Assembly (NCBI RefSeq): GCF_036321535.1
Contig: NC_087436.1
Coordinates: 59,584,001-59,648,000, forward strand
Direction: 5' to 3'
Source of the DNA: Camelus dromedarius
Taxonomy: Eukaryota
Length of the DNA: 64,000 nt
The notes beneath the pieces are model-generated. The model saw only the letters and a program-made list of their open reading frames with translations, did no database searches and was not told the DNA's origin. Below, piece by piece: positions 24,279 through 36,329 of this stretch; positions within the stretch are counted from its first letter, which is position 1; the number at the start of each line of letters is the position of its first letter. Made by a program: the position numbers and the translations under genes.

Positions 24279-26272
24279 CAGACATCTTTGCCACAAACAT
24301 TTACACCACTTAACTAATTGACTGCAAGTAACTTTGCCATAAAAGATAAAATAATGAATAAAAGAGGTACATTAAAAAGGACATAATGAAACATGTGAAA
24401 TGAGTCACAAAATTAAAAAGGTTTCATTGGGACACATAATATCTGAATACATTTAAAATGAGTGTAGATTCATCGCAATACTGTGCAAAGAACTGACTTC
24501 ATCTTGTGGGTTGCACCTGAGCATTTGCCTTCCAAGTCTTTTACTCACAGTGTATTACACATTTTTTCTTTTGCTTATTGATTTGTCTCTGTTTGGCATT
24601 GCACTTCTTTTTAACTAAAATTTTTCCTTCATTAAGAAAATACTAGGTTTGAAAGAAAACACAGTTTCCAAACTCTAGGATGCATTTTTGTACATAAGCT
24701 TTGAATTGTGCTGGGAAAGCCTCTACACTGTTGTTTGTTCTTGGTATATTGTCACATGTCCATTGATAGATGTTCCTAAGTTCTATGGGAAATGTGGGTT
24801 CAACTCTGCAGCTTCCAGGCCCTGGGCCTTTTTCTCCTCTAATGTAGTGTATTTCTAAATATGAAACCAACACTAGGGACAAACCATCATCATCTGGCAA
24901 CTCAATAAAGCCATCAATACAATGAAGCTAGAACACTCCCTTACACCATATACAAAAATCAACTCAAAATGGATCAAAGACTTAAACATAAGACAAGATA
25001 CAATAAACCTCCTAGAAGAAAATATAGGCAAAACATTATCTGACATACATCTCAAAAATGTTCTCCTAGAACAGTCTACCCAAGCAATAGAAATAAAAGC
25101 AAGAATAAATAAATGGGACCTAATGAAAATTACAAGCTTCTGCACAGCAAAGGAAACCGTAAGTAAAATGAAATGACAATCTGTGGAATGTGAGAAAATT
25201 TTTGCAAATGAAACCGACCAAGGCTTGATCTCCAGAATATATCAGCAGCTAATATGACTTAATAAGAAAAAGACAAACAACCCAATCCAAAAATGGGCAG
25301 AAGACCTAAACAAGCAATTCTCCAAGGAAGACATACAAATGATCAATAGGCACATGAAAAAATGCTCAATATCACTAATTACCAGAGAAATGCAAGTCAA
25401 AACTATGATGAGGTATCACCTCACACCAGTCAGAATGGCCATCATTCCAAAATCCACAAATGACAAATGCTGGAGAGGCTGTGGAGAAAAGGGAACCCTC
25501 TTACACTGCTGGTGGCAATGCAGTTTGGTGCAGCCACTGTGGAAAACAGTATGGATATTCCTCAAAAGACCAGTAAAAGACTTACCATATGACCCAGGAA
25601 TCCCACTCCTGGGCATATATCCAGAAGGAACCCTACTTTAAAATGACACCTGCACCCCAATGTTCATAGCAGCACTATTTACAATAGCAAAGACATGGAA
25701 ACTGCCTAAATGTCCATCAACAGATGACTGGATAAAGAAGATGTGGTATATTTATACAATGGAATACTATTCAGCCACAAAAACCGACAACATAACGCCA
25801 TTGGCAGCAACATGATGCTCCTGGAGAATGTCATTCTAAGTGAAGTAAGCCAGAAAGAGAAAGAAAAATACCATATGAGATCGCTCATATGTGGAATCCA
25901 AAAACAAAGACAAAAACAAAAAAACCAAACAAAGCATAAATACAAAACAGAAATAGACTCATAGACATAGAATACAAACTTGTGGTTGCCAAGGGGGCGG
26001 GGGGTAGGAAGGGATAGACTGGGATTTCAAAATTGTAGACTCGATAAACAAGATTATACTGTATAGCACAGGGAAATATATACAAGATCTTAAGGTAGCT
26101 CAATGGTGAAAAAAAATGTGACAATGAATATATGTATGTTCATGTATAACTGAAAAATTGTGCTCTACACTGGAATTTGACACAACATTGTAAAATGATT
26201 ATAAATCAGTAAAAAATGTTAAAAAGAAAAAAGCCATCAATAATGTCACTAGCTGGGAGAAATGTTAACGCA
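24279..26272 (-). mobile_element. Mutator-like (MULE/MuDR) DNA transposon fossil: C-terminal part of the transposase gene plus putative terminal region, split by an L1
   Basis: With the L1 and one TSD removed, the minus strand reads ALTFLPASDIIDGFIELPDDDGLSLVLVSYLEIHYIRG...FPIELRNIYQWTCDNIPRTNNSVEAF, then after a frameshift STIQSLCTKMHPRVWKL, and further on LHSIAMNLHSF* (stop at 24453-24455). Confidence 0.8.
24920..26229 (+). mobile_element. Relatively young 5'-truncated L1 with perfect 13-bp TSD
   Basis: TSD aaagccatcaata at 24907-24919 and 26230-26242; ORF2 peptides [16 protein letters not shown] and [18 protein letters not shown]; 3' UTR and A-rich tail. Confidence 0.95.
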
Positions 26273-28239
26273 TTTCAACAAACTGAAACCCAACTGTCAA
26301 ACCCCAAACTGTCAACCAGTTATTTATCGTTCAAAACAAAGATGCTTAAAACAAAAGTACCTAGAATCAGAAAAATTAGCTTAAACATTAGAGCTGACTC
26401 GTAATAATTATCAGCATCTCCTCCTTAGAAAATTTAACTTCTACTTGCAATAATAAAAATCAGAATAAGACATTTAGAAGCATTGAGAATAAAAATTAAA
26501 ACTATCCATGCTCACTGAATGTCTTCAAATGTGTCTTTAAGAAACTAGGCATCAAATTCTATTTTTTCTTTGAAGGACATGCCAAGAGTTAATAAAATAT
26601 GACTTTCCAGAGCATGTCTTCATCAATATTTACAAAATACATTTCTTGCTTTTTATCATATTGGACTTCTAACAAATTTTGTGAACCTTCTACAGAATAT
26701 GTTGCCAGTAGATTTTATGAAAACTCACATAGAAGAATATTTTATCTGCACTTTCAGTACTCTTCTTCTCATTTCTTCTTTCCCTTAATAAAGGGAAGAA
26801 AAACAACAGAAGAAAAATGTCCCCTACTTAAAACACTCTCTGCTGAAAAGGAGGATATGCCCTTCACAGCATTTTCTTCCCTTTTGGCCCCGAGATTTAT
26901 CTTTCGAATGGAATTCCTTGAACTATTCAGTTACTGAAGGTACTTTTTTCAAACATAAGTTTTATTACCTCTTCTTGGAAAAGAATCCTCAGAAGAGAAA
27001 CTATGTGTTAAGGGAACACTGTCACTTTCTTCCATACTTAACTAAGCAAACAAATCCAGAATCATTGAGAGATGAGATAGTTCATCAATCCTTTGACGTG
27101 AAGTGTGAGTTATTAGGATTCAAAATATATGCATTCTGGAGAAATCACACACAAGAACTTATCAGTAAGGTAAATTATAGGATAAATTATAAATTTTAAC
27201 TTATCCTGTTAATTTCTACCAAGCCTGAGTGAAAATTCAAGTCTTATACTCCCTCTAACTCTGCTTACAGAAGTGCCTATTCTGGGTAAACAGGAGACAC
27301 CCAAAGCATAATTGAATGAAAGTCAATGAAATGAGAGACCTCACATTTGTGTGTGATTAACAATGCTAAACACATTTATAAAATTTGGAAATGTAACATA
27401 TGGTTCCCTCTGGGCGTAGGGCAGAAGAGAGTGCCCGAGTAGCATGTCAGCTCTGTTTCAATTACATGTAGGATAAACAAACAGAGACTCCATGGTGCAA
27501 TCATATTGTTTTCAAGAGTACCCTGGAGTCAGCTAATAGTGGTTATCTCCATAGCCAAGATAACCAAGCTATGCAGTAGGAAACCTTGCTGTTTTTAATT
27601 ACTGTGTATGCTTGTTAAAGGGCTGTAAATATGCTTCCTGGATCTACAGTTCTACAAAAGCCAATACAGAAAACAGAGACTTCCACCCTACCTTTGTGAA
27701 TCAGATGGCTAGAGCTGTGCTAAATCAACGTCTCCCTTTTATAAGAGCTTCTATATTGGATTAGTAGGTGATGATATTAGAATACAGCATCATGATTTAG
27801 TTTTGCCCTTTGTTTATTTGGGTTTTCACCAGCAGATGTAGTTGGTAATAAAAATACATTTCAGTCTCCATCAAGTTTAGTTAGTCTCAGAGAAAAAAAA
27901 ATTAAATTTTTAATACCTCAGCGTGATACCTCAGAGGCAATATGATAAAATAAAATTCAAACTCATTCAGTCTCTAAATCATTACTCCATAATATAGTAC
28001 AACGATCAAAATGTTATCAAGACCGTCTATTGCCTTTTGTCTTTTTCACTTTCCTTTCTCTTTTTATTAAAATGTAATTTTAACTGGGATCCTAGCAATT
28101 TGTCTGGCTCAGAGAGTTGGTATAAACTGTGATTCTGTCTACACACCTCTATCCCCATCCGTTTCTCAGTGAAACAAACCATCACTGCCTTTACATACCT
28201 TTCAGATAATCACTTCTTTTAACACTGTACCTGGTAGAG

Positions 28240-28545
28240 ATGTGTGATGTGATAGTAACAGGCTTGGTCTCTGTTCTCAAACTAACTTAGGGGACACTTA
28301 GTACTTACTGTGACATCAGTACAGTTCCTCTCTAAACCATGTTTTCATCTGTAGAGTAGGGATAAGGACAAGGCCTACTACTTAAAGAGTTATTAGTAAC
28401 AAATGAGCCCAAAAGACCAGAGAGGGGGAATTACAATTGTTCTGTTTACTCTATATGCCCAGAATGTACCCAAGTACCTGGCATATAACAGATTCTCAAT
28501 ACATATTTTGTCAAATGAATGAATGAATGAATGTATGAATGACAT
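28240..28545 (+). mobile_element. MIR fragment followed by an L2 3' end
   Basis: 'gttttcatctgtagagtagggataag' then 'gtacctggcatataacagattctcaatacatattttgtcaaatgaatgaatg'. Confidence 0.6.
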
Positions 28546-29402
28546 AGCATTTACTGTACTGACTTGTAATGATTTGTTTTCTTGAATTTATCACATAACA
28601 TATAACTGCAGATGGACACTTAACCATTAATTGGGTTCATGCAGTGCTGCCTTGACTCCCTGTAGTGATAGTAACTGAGCACACCCAATCTTTTTCTACT
28701 TACATTTTGTTCTGATTTTTCTGTTACCACAATTTACCAGCCTAAGAGTATATTATTTCAAGTTAATATTTACTTATGTGTTTTTGTGTCATCTAATCAT
28801 ATTTTATGATTGTTATATAAAGTTGAAGTCATTATTAAACATTTTATAAAACTGAAAGGATTAAACTGGGTTCCTATGTAGCATGTTTGTTCATATAGAT
28901 ATCAAATGTGTCCCTTTCATAGATAAATCAATAAAGAAAACATAAAAGTAAGCAGAACATATTGAAAAGCACAAAGAGTGCCTTTGTCTGATATTCAGGT
29001 ACTTAAATATGTTAGCATCTCTTCCCTCCTCTATATAAATCTGTAAGATAATTCTAAAAATCATTAAAGTGATAAAAGATCTCATATTATGTTATACTAC
29101 ATTATGCTTCTTTAAGTATCAAATTTCACATCAGACATTTTTGCTATGCTAATTATAATAACATTAAAAGACATTACAATTATACCTGTATATTCTGGTA
29201 GTCTCTACTCATCTATGGTTGGTTGGTATAAGGCTTTATGCCCCAGGGCTCAATATATTGTAAGTACTTAGTAAATATTTTCTAAATAAATAAATAAAAA
29301 TAATGTGAACCCATGAAAACCATGATTCCTAGAAAAATTCAGCTGACACAAACTAATACTCAGTTTATTATTTTGAATATTTTACCTGCCTCTATTTTTT
29401 CC

Positions 29403-31530
29403 AGTTAAAGATAATTACAAAGTGGATACCAGACCTGAAATACCTGAACAGACAAATCCATTTTAAGCCACTTAAGCAAAATTAATCTATACTATTTCGT
29501 GAACATAGGTTATTTCTTGTAAATGTCTGACAATCATAAAAGGAACTTAAGTCATCTTCCTAAAAATGGTATGACATAATCATTTTTAGCAAATCCCCTG
29601 CTATTTGGAAGTGCGCATTGTAATAACCAATCACTGTAAAGTGTAAACAACTTTTTCACTTTCACTTTTAAGCCACCTTGTAACATCATACCCCTAAGCT
29701 TCATATTAGTCTTTGAATATGAATGCACCCAGTTTGCAAACTGTTCTTACACGTACAATAAACTCTTACTAAATGCTATGTATTGATTTGGTGTTTTTAA
29801 TTTTGGCTTTCTGATAGTTTCTTGTGTTGGAAGTAGGATTCAAAAAAGACCCCCCCAGTGACTCCAAGGCCAGTAAGTAAATAGGTGCTGGTACCCACAG
29901 AACCCACTGAGCACAATGCTTTCGCACTGACCCTGAAGTTTGAGGCTGTCTCTCTTAGATATGAGCTCTGAGCTCTGCTCTCTGCATTTTTTGGGCTTTC
30001 TGACTTTATTGTGCCTATCTGTAGTTTGTTTATTGAAGCTTCTTGGTACGTCATTTTGTTCAAAAGAGGAAGATATGTGATTCCCTATGTCTTGGAACAA
30101 CTGTTAAGAAACAGGACCCCTCAGAGTTCAGATGTCTTAGGGAATCTAAAGGCAAAGATGGGTTCCATCTAGTCTAAAACTCTTTCTGCAGTTCCTCAAA
30201 AAACTCTTGTTTTTTATGTGTATACCCACTATGCACCTGGAGCTTTTGCCTTTTTGGAAAATTGATGATTCTGGGTAATATGGCACATTAGACGCAATAA
30301 ATTCAATAGACATAAAATAAAAAAAATTCTTAGGTTATTGGTGTGCCCTTAATAAAAGATTATAAAAGTGTTTTAATGTTAATCTACTTAGGAAACAAAG
30401 ATTCTCGGCCTTATGAAATTGTTTCCTATGCTTCCTGTTGTCTTAATCAGGTTTTAGATTACTTAGAAAAACTAAGTCTTTCCAATATCTCAAGACCTAA
30501 GGCATTTTTTGTTCTGTGTACAATTATGTAACTTTCTGTATTTGATCACTTTAAAATGAATACAAATGTAAACGCATATGTTACACCTGAAACTAATAAT
30601 GTATGTCAATTAAACTTCAATTGAAAAAATCCTCATGTTCAGCTATTCTAAATAATCATGGGCATATGTGATTGCTAATATATCATGCACCTTTGTAAAT
30701 AAATAAAAGTAAAATAACTACTTAAAATAGTAGAATGGGAATCTGATTATAATCTGTTTAGGTTATTTAGTTGGTTAATTCCTGGCTTCTGGGAATCTCT
30801 GTTCTGGGGAATTTTTTAATCCTTGGCTGTCATCTTCCATTTACTCAACATATTAACCTCTCTAATGTGTTGTGTTCTCTCAAAGGTTTTAAGTGTCTGC
30901 CAGCAGCTACTCACATATCACATGACCCATCAGGATTAGAAAAACCTCAGCTCATTGACTTGAGCACCCAAGTCTATGCTGATGATGCAATTGTTAACAA
31001 TGACTAAATGACCCTCCTTCCTGATGACTCAACTGGTAGAAACAACAAATAAATTATTTTTCTGGCATCAATAGTGGTAATCAGTAGTCACGGTACACTA
31101 GTTGCTCATACTTTTAGCCTATGGAAAGAATGACCAAAAATGGGAAATTGTTAAAATTAAATACAAAATGGAGATGAGACTAAAGTCACATAAACAAAAC
31201 TGAATCTATCTTATTTCATGAACATAACAAAAGTTAGATTATTTCTTGTAAATGTCTATGACAATCATGAAACAATTTATCTCCCTAAAAATAGTATGAG
31301 GTAATCATTTTTAACCAATCCCCTAGCATCTAGATATACTCATTGTAATAACAAACCACTGTAAACAATTTCCTCACTTTCACATTTAAGCCACCCTGTA
31401 ACATCATGCCCCTAAGGTTCATATTAGTCTTTGATTTTGAAGGCATCTAATTTTCAAACTGTTCTTATATGCACAGAAACATCTTACTAAATACTCTATG
31501 ATCTGGTGGTTTCATTTTGCTATTTGTTTT
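29403..31530 (+). mobile_element. Internally deleted ERV1-type provirus (LTR37-like): 5' LTR ~29403-29816, 3' LTR ~31149-31530
   Basis: Two diverged direct repeats sharing 'ttatttcttgtaaatgtct' and 'taagccacc(t/c)tgtaacatcat(a/g)cccctaag'; PBS-like 'tgtgttggaagtaggattc' after the first; purine-rich 'aaaaatgggaaat' before TG of the second. Confidence 0.8.
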
Positions 31531-32926
31531 TTGTAAATTTCTAAAGTATAATAGCATAAGATTGTCAGAGTCCGTATATCAAAACTTAGAAAATTAATTA
31601 TTGGTAAACACTTGGGATTAGTATCTTTTCATAATTTGTATATTTAAAAATTCTATTGATATGACATTGTGACAGTAAAACACAGGATGATAATACTTTT
31701 CACCTTGTGTGATATAAATATAATTAAATATAAATGTGAATAAAATATTGAAAAGACAAAATATGTATTCCTAACATTTTGATTAATGCTCTCTTCAAAC
31801 ATAATTATTTTCTATATTCTGAATATAAATTTGTAAAAGGTCAGTCTAAAAAAGTGAGAACTCTAATTTCATATGCATATATACATAAGTATATAACTAT
31901 ATTTAGACTAAAATTTAAGTAAATGATAGCTTTGGTAATGCTAACTACCATACTGATGTAAAGAATATTGACGTAACTATTTTTCTTACAATGAAATAGT
32001 TTGAATCTGTGTACAATTTGAATTGATTAGTATAGCAGGAATCAATAAATTATGGATTAGCAGTAAGTAATATCAAGGATTTCAGTGGGTACTCAAAAAG
32101 TGAAAAGAAGACATGCAGAAAGATGGTTTGACTTGATTATAAGTTTCAGTAGACAATCTTTTCATTAAATAAAAATGTATATTGTGTATTGTGGGAACTT
32201 CAGATGATCATATTTTTATATCATAAAAGTTAAAAATATAATACATGATTTGGGAGATTAATTTGGTAAGGCTTTAACATTAAATTAGAAGGATAAAAAT
32301 TACAGGAAACTTATTTGTTTCAGTTGATGCAAATTATCTCTTTTTGTACCAAGAAAAGCCTATGGTTTGAGAACAAGAAAGTCATCTTTGTTCACACATT
32401 TAAAATATTATACTTGTCTCTTAAAATCTCTAGAGATACTTATACGAGAAAAATGTGCTTAATAAGGTTGTAAGGAGGTAAATGAGTAAAAAATATTGTT
32501 GGAATAAAACTGTCACCATGATTTATTCTGACAAGCACACTAATGACATTTAGGTACTATATAATCTATTGCCCTAGAAAAAAAAAACTATTATAGACAT
32601 GAGCATGAACATTAATTTTAAAATAACTTTAAAAAAGCTGGACGAGTACTGTGGTAACATCAACAAATTCTAGGCAATTCAGTAGACTGTCTTGATTATA
32701 AGCAGCCATATTTTTTATAAAAATAGAAATATTTCAACATGTAGTGGAATGACTGAAATATATCTGAAGAATATGGCCCAAGTAACATATTTATGTCATA
32801 TATCAAAAATTGAGATAGTGTTATATACACATGAGTAGAAATTTCTGAATTAGATTCTTCTGGAAAACTATGATGCAATCAAAGGATTTTTATGTCAGTA
32901 TATTTACCAAATAATTTCCCCATTTT

Positions 32927-34615
32927 GGCCACACTGCCCAAGGCAATCTACAGATTTAATGTGATCCCTATCAAATTACTCATGATTTTGTTTAACAGAA
33001 CTAGAACAAATGATCCTAAAATTTATATGAAATCACGAAAGACCCAGAATTGTCAAAGCAGTACTGAAGAAAAAGAACAAAGCTGGAGGAATAACCCTCC
33101 CTGACTTCAGACAATATTACAGAGCTACAGTAATCAAAACAGCATGGTACTGGCATTAAAAACAGACATATGAATCAATGGAACAGAATAGAGAGCTCAG
33201 AAAAGAAAGCTACAGACCCATGGTCAATTAATCTTCAACAAAGGAGGCAAGAATATACAATGAAGAAAAGTAGTTTCTCCAGCAAGTAGAATAGGGAAAA
33301 CTGGATAGCAGCATGTCAATCAATGCAGTTAGAACAATCCCTCACTCCATACACAAAAATAAACTCAAAATGGCTTAAACACTTAAAGACATGATAAATC
33401 TCCTAGAAGAAAATAAAGGCAAAACATTCTCTGACATAAATTTTAGCAATGTTCTCCTAGAGCAGTCTATGCAGGCAGCGGAAATAGGAGCAAAAATAAA
33501 CAAATGGGACCTAATTAAACTCATAAGCTTTTGCAAAGCAAAACAAACCATAAGAAAAACAAAACAAAATGATAACCTATGGAATGGGAGAAAATATTTG
33601 CAAGTGATGCAACTGACAAAGGCTTAATTTCCAGAATATATAAACAGCTTATACAACTTAATAACAAAAAACAAACAACCAAATCCCAAAATGGGCAGAG
33701 CACCTAAACAAGCAATTCTCCAATGAAGACATACAAATGGCCAATAGGCACATGAAAAATGCTCAATATTGCTAATTAGCAGAGAAATGCAAATCAAAAC
33801 TACAGTGAAGTATCACCCCACACCAGTCAGAATGGCCATCATTCTAAAGTCAACAAATGATAAATGCTGAAGAAGTTGTGGAGAAAAGGGAATCCTCCTA
33901 TACTGTTTGTGGGAATGTAGTTTGGTGCAGTCATTATGGAAAACCCTATGGAGATTCCTCAAAAGACTAAAGATAGACTTACTGCATATTCCAGCAATCA
34001 CACTCCTGGGTATGTATCTGGAAAGAACTCTAATTCAAAAAGATACATGCACTCCAATGTTCATAGCAGCACTATGTATGATAGCCAAAACATGGAAACA
34101 ACCTAAATGTCTACTGACAGATGACTGGATAAAGAAGTTGTGGTGTATGTATACAATGGAATACTACTCAGCCATAAAAGATAATAAAATAATGCCATTT
34201 GTAGCAACATGGATGGACCTAGACATTGTTATTCTAAGTGAAGTAAGCCAGAAAGAGAAAGAAAAATACTATTTGTGGAATCTAGAAGAAAAAATAGAAC
34301 ACTATGAGCTCATTCATAAAACAGAAATAAGACTTGCAGACACAGTAAACAATCTTATGGTTATTGGAGAAAGGGAGCAGGAATAAATTTGGCAGTTTGA
34401 GATTTACAAATGCTAGCCACTATATATAAAAATAGACAAAGTTTCTTCTGCATAGCACAGGGGACTATGTTCAATATCTTGTAATAATTTTTATAAAAAA
34501 TATGAAAATGAATATATGTATATATATGTATGACTGGGACATTGTGCTGTACACCAGAAATTGACACACTATAATTGACTGCACTGCAATAAAAAATAAA
34601 TAATTTTAAAAAAAA
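32927..34615 (+). mobile_element. 5'-truncated L1 (ORF2 C-terminus, 3' UTR, A-rich tail)
   Basis: ORFs 33391-33627 and 33907-34386 give ORF2 C-terminal peptides (INKWDLIKL, CTPMFIAAL, YTMEYYSAIK); degenerate TSD around 'ccc(a)catttt'. Confidence 0.93.
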
Positions 34616-34659
34616 TCCCACATTTTAATTGAAACCAGAGAAAAGAAAGACATAATAGT

Positions 34660-35030
34660 GGGTATTGGTTCTGTGTCAGTTTTTCATGGTTTTTCCACTT
34701 CTGGGCATATGATTGGTTGGTTCTCCCTGCCCCTTTGGAGTTCATTAGCTGGCCATATAATGTACTGTATTTTGACCAATGAAACGTGAGCAGAAGTGTT
34801 ATGTGACATCTCTGAGTGGAAACAGAAGACCGATAGGCAATTAGAGATTTAGTCTTTCCCTCCTCAGAGGCTGCAACATAATAGATGAAGATTGTTCTAT
34901 CAACCTGAGTCTTACAGTAAGGGTGGAGAGTTGCTTGTTGGCCAGAAATAGACACAAGCAATAAACAAATAAAAGATGTTGAAATCACTAAAATTTGGAA
35001 TTGTTTCTGCAGCATAACCATGGATTCAGT
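34660..35030 (+). mobile_element. Old MaLR LTR (MLT1J-like)
   Basis: 'ttttgaccaatgaaacgtgagcagaagtg' and 'ttgtttctgcagcataacc'. Confidence 0.6.
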
Positions 35031-35046
35031 TTATTCTGTTCTATTT

Positions 35047-35303
35047 GGGGAACCATATAGTGCAGTGATTAAGGGTGTGAATTCTGGAATAAGGACTGTT
35101 TGGATTCATATTCCAACTCTGTCACTACTCATAAATCATTTGGGAATTTTATGTCACCTTGCTGTGTCTTAATATCCTTCTCTATAAAATGAGAATAGTA
35201 CAATCTATCTTGTTTTTGTTTAAGATTACATGAGTCAACACATAAAGCACTTAAAATATTGCTTGGCACATACTAGCACCTAATAAATATTAGCCATTAT
35301 TCT
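35047..35303 (+). mobile_element. Near full-length MIR
   Basis: 'gtgcagtgattaagggtgtgaattctgga...ctataaaatgagaatag...aaagcacttaaaatattgcttggcaca'. Confidence 0.75.
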
Positions 35304-36329
35304 CTCCACTTGGAAGTACAGTACCTTTCATTTGCTCATTTTTATAATACTAGTATGATTACTTATAATTATAATTGTAAAAATCAAAAGCAAAAAGTAA
35401 CCTTAATAGAATTTTATTTTATATTTTTAAGTAGGTATATCATCTATTTTTAAGCAGCATATGGCAAAATGATATATGTGCTATTTTCCTGTTAAGCATA
35501 ATATTTGATTTATAAAACTACCTTTTCTAATTATGATAAATAAAAGTGAGTGCAATGAGAATAATGACACCAATAGTTTACTGTCATCATTTGGAAAGCA
35601 TTTCTTTTTTCTCTGGTATTAGTACACCAAAATTTTCCAGCAGGGGTAGCACAAGTAGACTCAGTATGAGAAACAAAGTATAGTGGAGTGAGATTTCAAT
35701 GACCAGTACACCTGTGATGTTGGAGACAGTTTTGTCCGCTTCAGCTTTTCAATTATTGGTATGGTTTTCTACCATATTTGTTACACTGATAATCAGTGTT
35801 AAAAGGAGTTTGCTGATGTCCAGCCCTTGGGAGTCTAGACACCTGTTCAACTTAAGAGAATATAAAATATGAATCATGATTCTCTTTAATATCCTGTCTT
35901 TTGGTCCATGAGTGTTCATATATAAATTCTGAATTAGAATAATGATCCTATTTTGCTCTGAAAAAAAATAAAACAAATCTGAATACTTTAAGCTCTGATA
36001 AACTTTCTGTTGTGACTTTGCATAAATAGGTAAACTTTTTGAATCAATTTTCAGACAAATTACTTAACTAAATCAGGACAGTAAGGAGACTAACTTAAAT
36101 TACATCTAAGACCCACTCCTCTCCAAAATCTTTAAAAAATGATTGAGAAATCTTACACAATGTGTTCCTCATTTAAAAGAGTTAATACCTAAGTTGGGGT
36201 GATAAAAACAAGTAGCATATACAAAACAATCATAGATAAATTTAAGTATTCTGTGATTCATATAAGAAAACTACAGAGAGCTATGTTTTATTTTAAAGTA
36301 CAGTCTCTGAAAAAAGAATACAAATAATA

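Noticed and set aside
24453..24900. MULE ORF as a domesticated functional gene
   Set aside because: It is frameshifted, interrupted by an L1 and missing the N-terminal part and one terminus.
33907..34386. 159-aa ORF, and other ORFs overlapping L1s, as host genes
   Set aside because: They are fragments of L1 ORF2 or its antisense frames within truncated, decayed elements.
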